Source of the DNA: the human T2T-CHM13v2.0 reference genome, Homo sapiens
NCBI RefSeq assembly: GCF_009914755.1
Contig: NC_060939.1
Reading direction: 5' to 3' (one strand)
DNA length: 64,000 bases
This document shows positions 62,295 through 64,000 of this stretch, piece after piece (position 1 is the first letter of the stretch; every line of letters starts with the position of its first letter). Under the pieces are notes generated by a model. It saw nothing but the letters and a program-made list of their open reading frames with translations, was not told the origin of the DNA and did no database searches. Made by a program: the position numbers and the translations under genes.

Positions 62295-62526
62295 CTGGAG
62301 TGTACTGGAAGAAATGGTGCAGTCCAGGTACAGCATGGACCCCAGATCACCCCCACCCCACTCCCTTTCAGTGATTATTGTCTTATGAACTAGGAGGGGG
62401 AGTGGGGCAGAGATGCCTCTTTCATGGCTCCCTGCACACACAGAACCCCTTTGTACTGGGCACTTCTACTCCCAAGGACCCTGACTTGCACCCAGCAGCT
62501 AAGGTCATCTCACCCCCACCTCCCAC

Positions 62527-62644
62527 CTGCCCCTGGGCCAGCAGGAGGGGCTTGGCCATATGTAGGCGAGACAGGACTTCTTGAAGCTGAAAGATTTCCC
62601 ACCCCATAAAAGAGCCAGAATGTGACAACCAGGAGCGCTGATAC
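62527..62644 (-). pseudogene. Pseudo-exon (W)YQRSWLSHSGSFMGWEIFQLQEVLSRLHMAKPLLLAQGQ
   Basis: TCTCCCTTCCCCAG acceptor; 118 nt, phase 2-0; GTGGGA donor; phases match both neighbours. Confidence 0.6.
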
Positions 62645-62833
62645 CTGGGGAAGGGAGACTGGCTCTGGTCGTGTGATTCCGGGTTTAGGGCTCTGGGCCA
62701 TTCCCCCTCAGCCAGCTGGTGACAGAGACTGGACCACCGCCTGCTGAGAGGGCCATCTCACCTACAGTGAGAACAGAGCCCCCACCCCAGCCTGGCTTGG
62801 ACACTCTGAGGATGGGCCCAAGCAGCCACCTAC

Positions 62834-63030
62834 CAGGACTCTTGGCCCGGGGCCACACCCAGTGCTGCTAGCAGCCCCACCTTCTCCTGAAGTAGCCAGG
62901 TGTGCTCTGCCTCCAGGGCCTGCAATGGCCCCCCAACACCATCTGCTCTCCCTGCAGATGCTGCAGCTGCTCCAAGCAGGCCCCTAGTTGCTGGTGGCTC
63001 TGGCCCAGCTCTTCTGAGTCTCTTGTTCAC
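62834..63030 (-). pseudogene. Pseudo-exon VNKRLR/ELGQSHQQLGACLEQLQHLQGEQMVLGGH/LQALEAEHTWLLQEKVGLLAALGVAPGQES (two frameshifts)
   Basis: TCTCCCCAG acceptor; GTAGGT donor in phase 2; the coiled-coil text runs across two frames. Confidence 0.6.
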
Positions 63031-63502
63031 CTGGGGAGATCCCCACCCCACCGAGTTGTGGCTCAGCCTCCACCAGGGTTGTGGAGCTCCAGCCTTTACC
63101 CATGCAGCCCCTCCTCAGAGGCCCCGAACTCCACTTCCTCTGGGTCTCAGCCCTTCCAGGAGGCCTCTCTGACCACCCCAGCCCGCAGAGGCTTCTCTAC
63201 ACTCCAGGCTACGACTCTGGACCAGTGCCTGGCTGCACACTAGCAGGGGGGCCAGTTATGTGAAGATGAGGATGGTGCTCTCTGGAGTGTCACTGTGTGG
63301 ACGCCCTGCTAGAATCTCTCTCTCCTGGTCATTCTCCTTTCCTCTGTGCCCCTAGAGCCCCTTGCCCTACATTGGAATCCCCCAGGAATGGGGCCCAGGC
63401 TCCCTTGCCTCTGCCCCCTGGTACAGATGGGCATGGCCTGGATCAGCTAATGCCCAGATTCCCTTTCCTGTGGGGCTGCCCCTGCCAGCTGTCTTGACCA
63501 AC

Positions 63503-63660
63503 CTCAGTGAGTATCAGCAACTGCTCCTGCAGACGGACTGTGTCCTGAGCCTGGGCAGGGGTCTCAGCTGCTGGCATGGAGACTCTGGGTCCCGAAGCTC
63601 CTGGGCCCTGCCTCCATCCCAGCTCTGCTCTTGGATCTGCAGGCCTGGCACCAGCATCTC
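63503..63660 (-). pseudogene. Pseudo-exon EMLVPGLQIQEQSWDGGRAQELRDPESPCQQLRPL/AQAQDTVRLQEQLLILTE (1-nt frameshift)
   Basis: CTACAG acceptor and GTTGGT donor; 158 nt, one short of a symmetric 159. Confidence 0.55.
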
Positions 63661-64000
63661 CTGTAGATACACTTGGTCCAGAATCCTGGGGTCTCCTTCC
63701 AGCTTCCAGACCACACTGGGGTGGTCTTGGCAGACCGTTGATGCCTCAGGGCATGTTGTGGCAGGGTCCTGGCCCCAACTCAAGTTATGACTCTGAACAA
63801 GCTCTCCTCTGCTCTCTGGTCTCAGTTTTCCCATCTGAACCAGGAGGGAAGTCACTGAATGATCCCAGGGTATTCCCAAATGTTGGAAGAGGATCCCTCT
63901 CTTGGCTGGACTAAGCCCCTGCGCTGCCTTCCTTCTCTAGATAATGCTTCAATAATGAGGACCAGAGAATAAAGTGTGGGGCAGAGTCAAAGGTACAGCA

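Noticed and set aside
63100-63240. Candidate exon between the 63503 and 63030 exons
   Set aside because: Splice-like signals exist, but no frame gives a convincing peptide.

Overview
This is primate, almost certainly human, genomic DNA rich in Alu, L1, L2 and DNA-transposon repeats. Most of the window (1 to ~52030, + strand) is the ARID3B gene, from inside the long intron 2 through coding exons 3-9 (ARID and REKLES domains) to a ~2.35 kb 3' UTR ending at an AATAAA. All seven exons have phase-consistent GT-AG boundaries. The UTR carries five let-7 and six miR-125 seed matches. About 250 bp past the poly(A) signal lies a CpG-rich promoter-like module (CCAAT, AP-1/E-box, GC box), probably the most upstream promoter of the neighbouring gene CLK3. 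The most interesting signal is on the minus strand from ~53 kb to the window end. It is a chain of short, phase-compatible GT-AG exons encoding a coiled-coil protein, disabled by an in-frame TGA and several 1-2 nt frameshifts, so it is a candidate unprocessed (unitary) pseudogene convergent with ARID3B. Repeat family names and boundaries were assigned by eye from recalled consensus sequences and are approximate. No database search was run.
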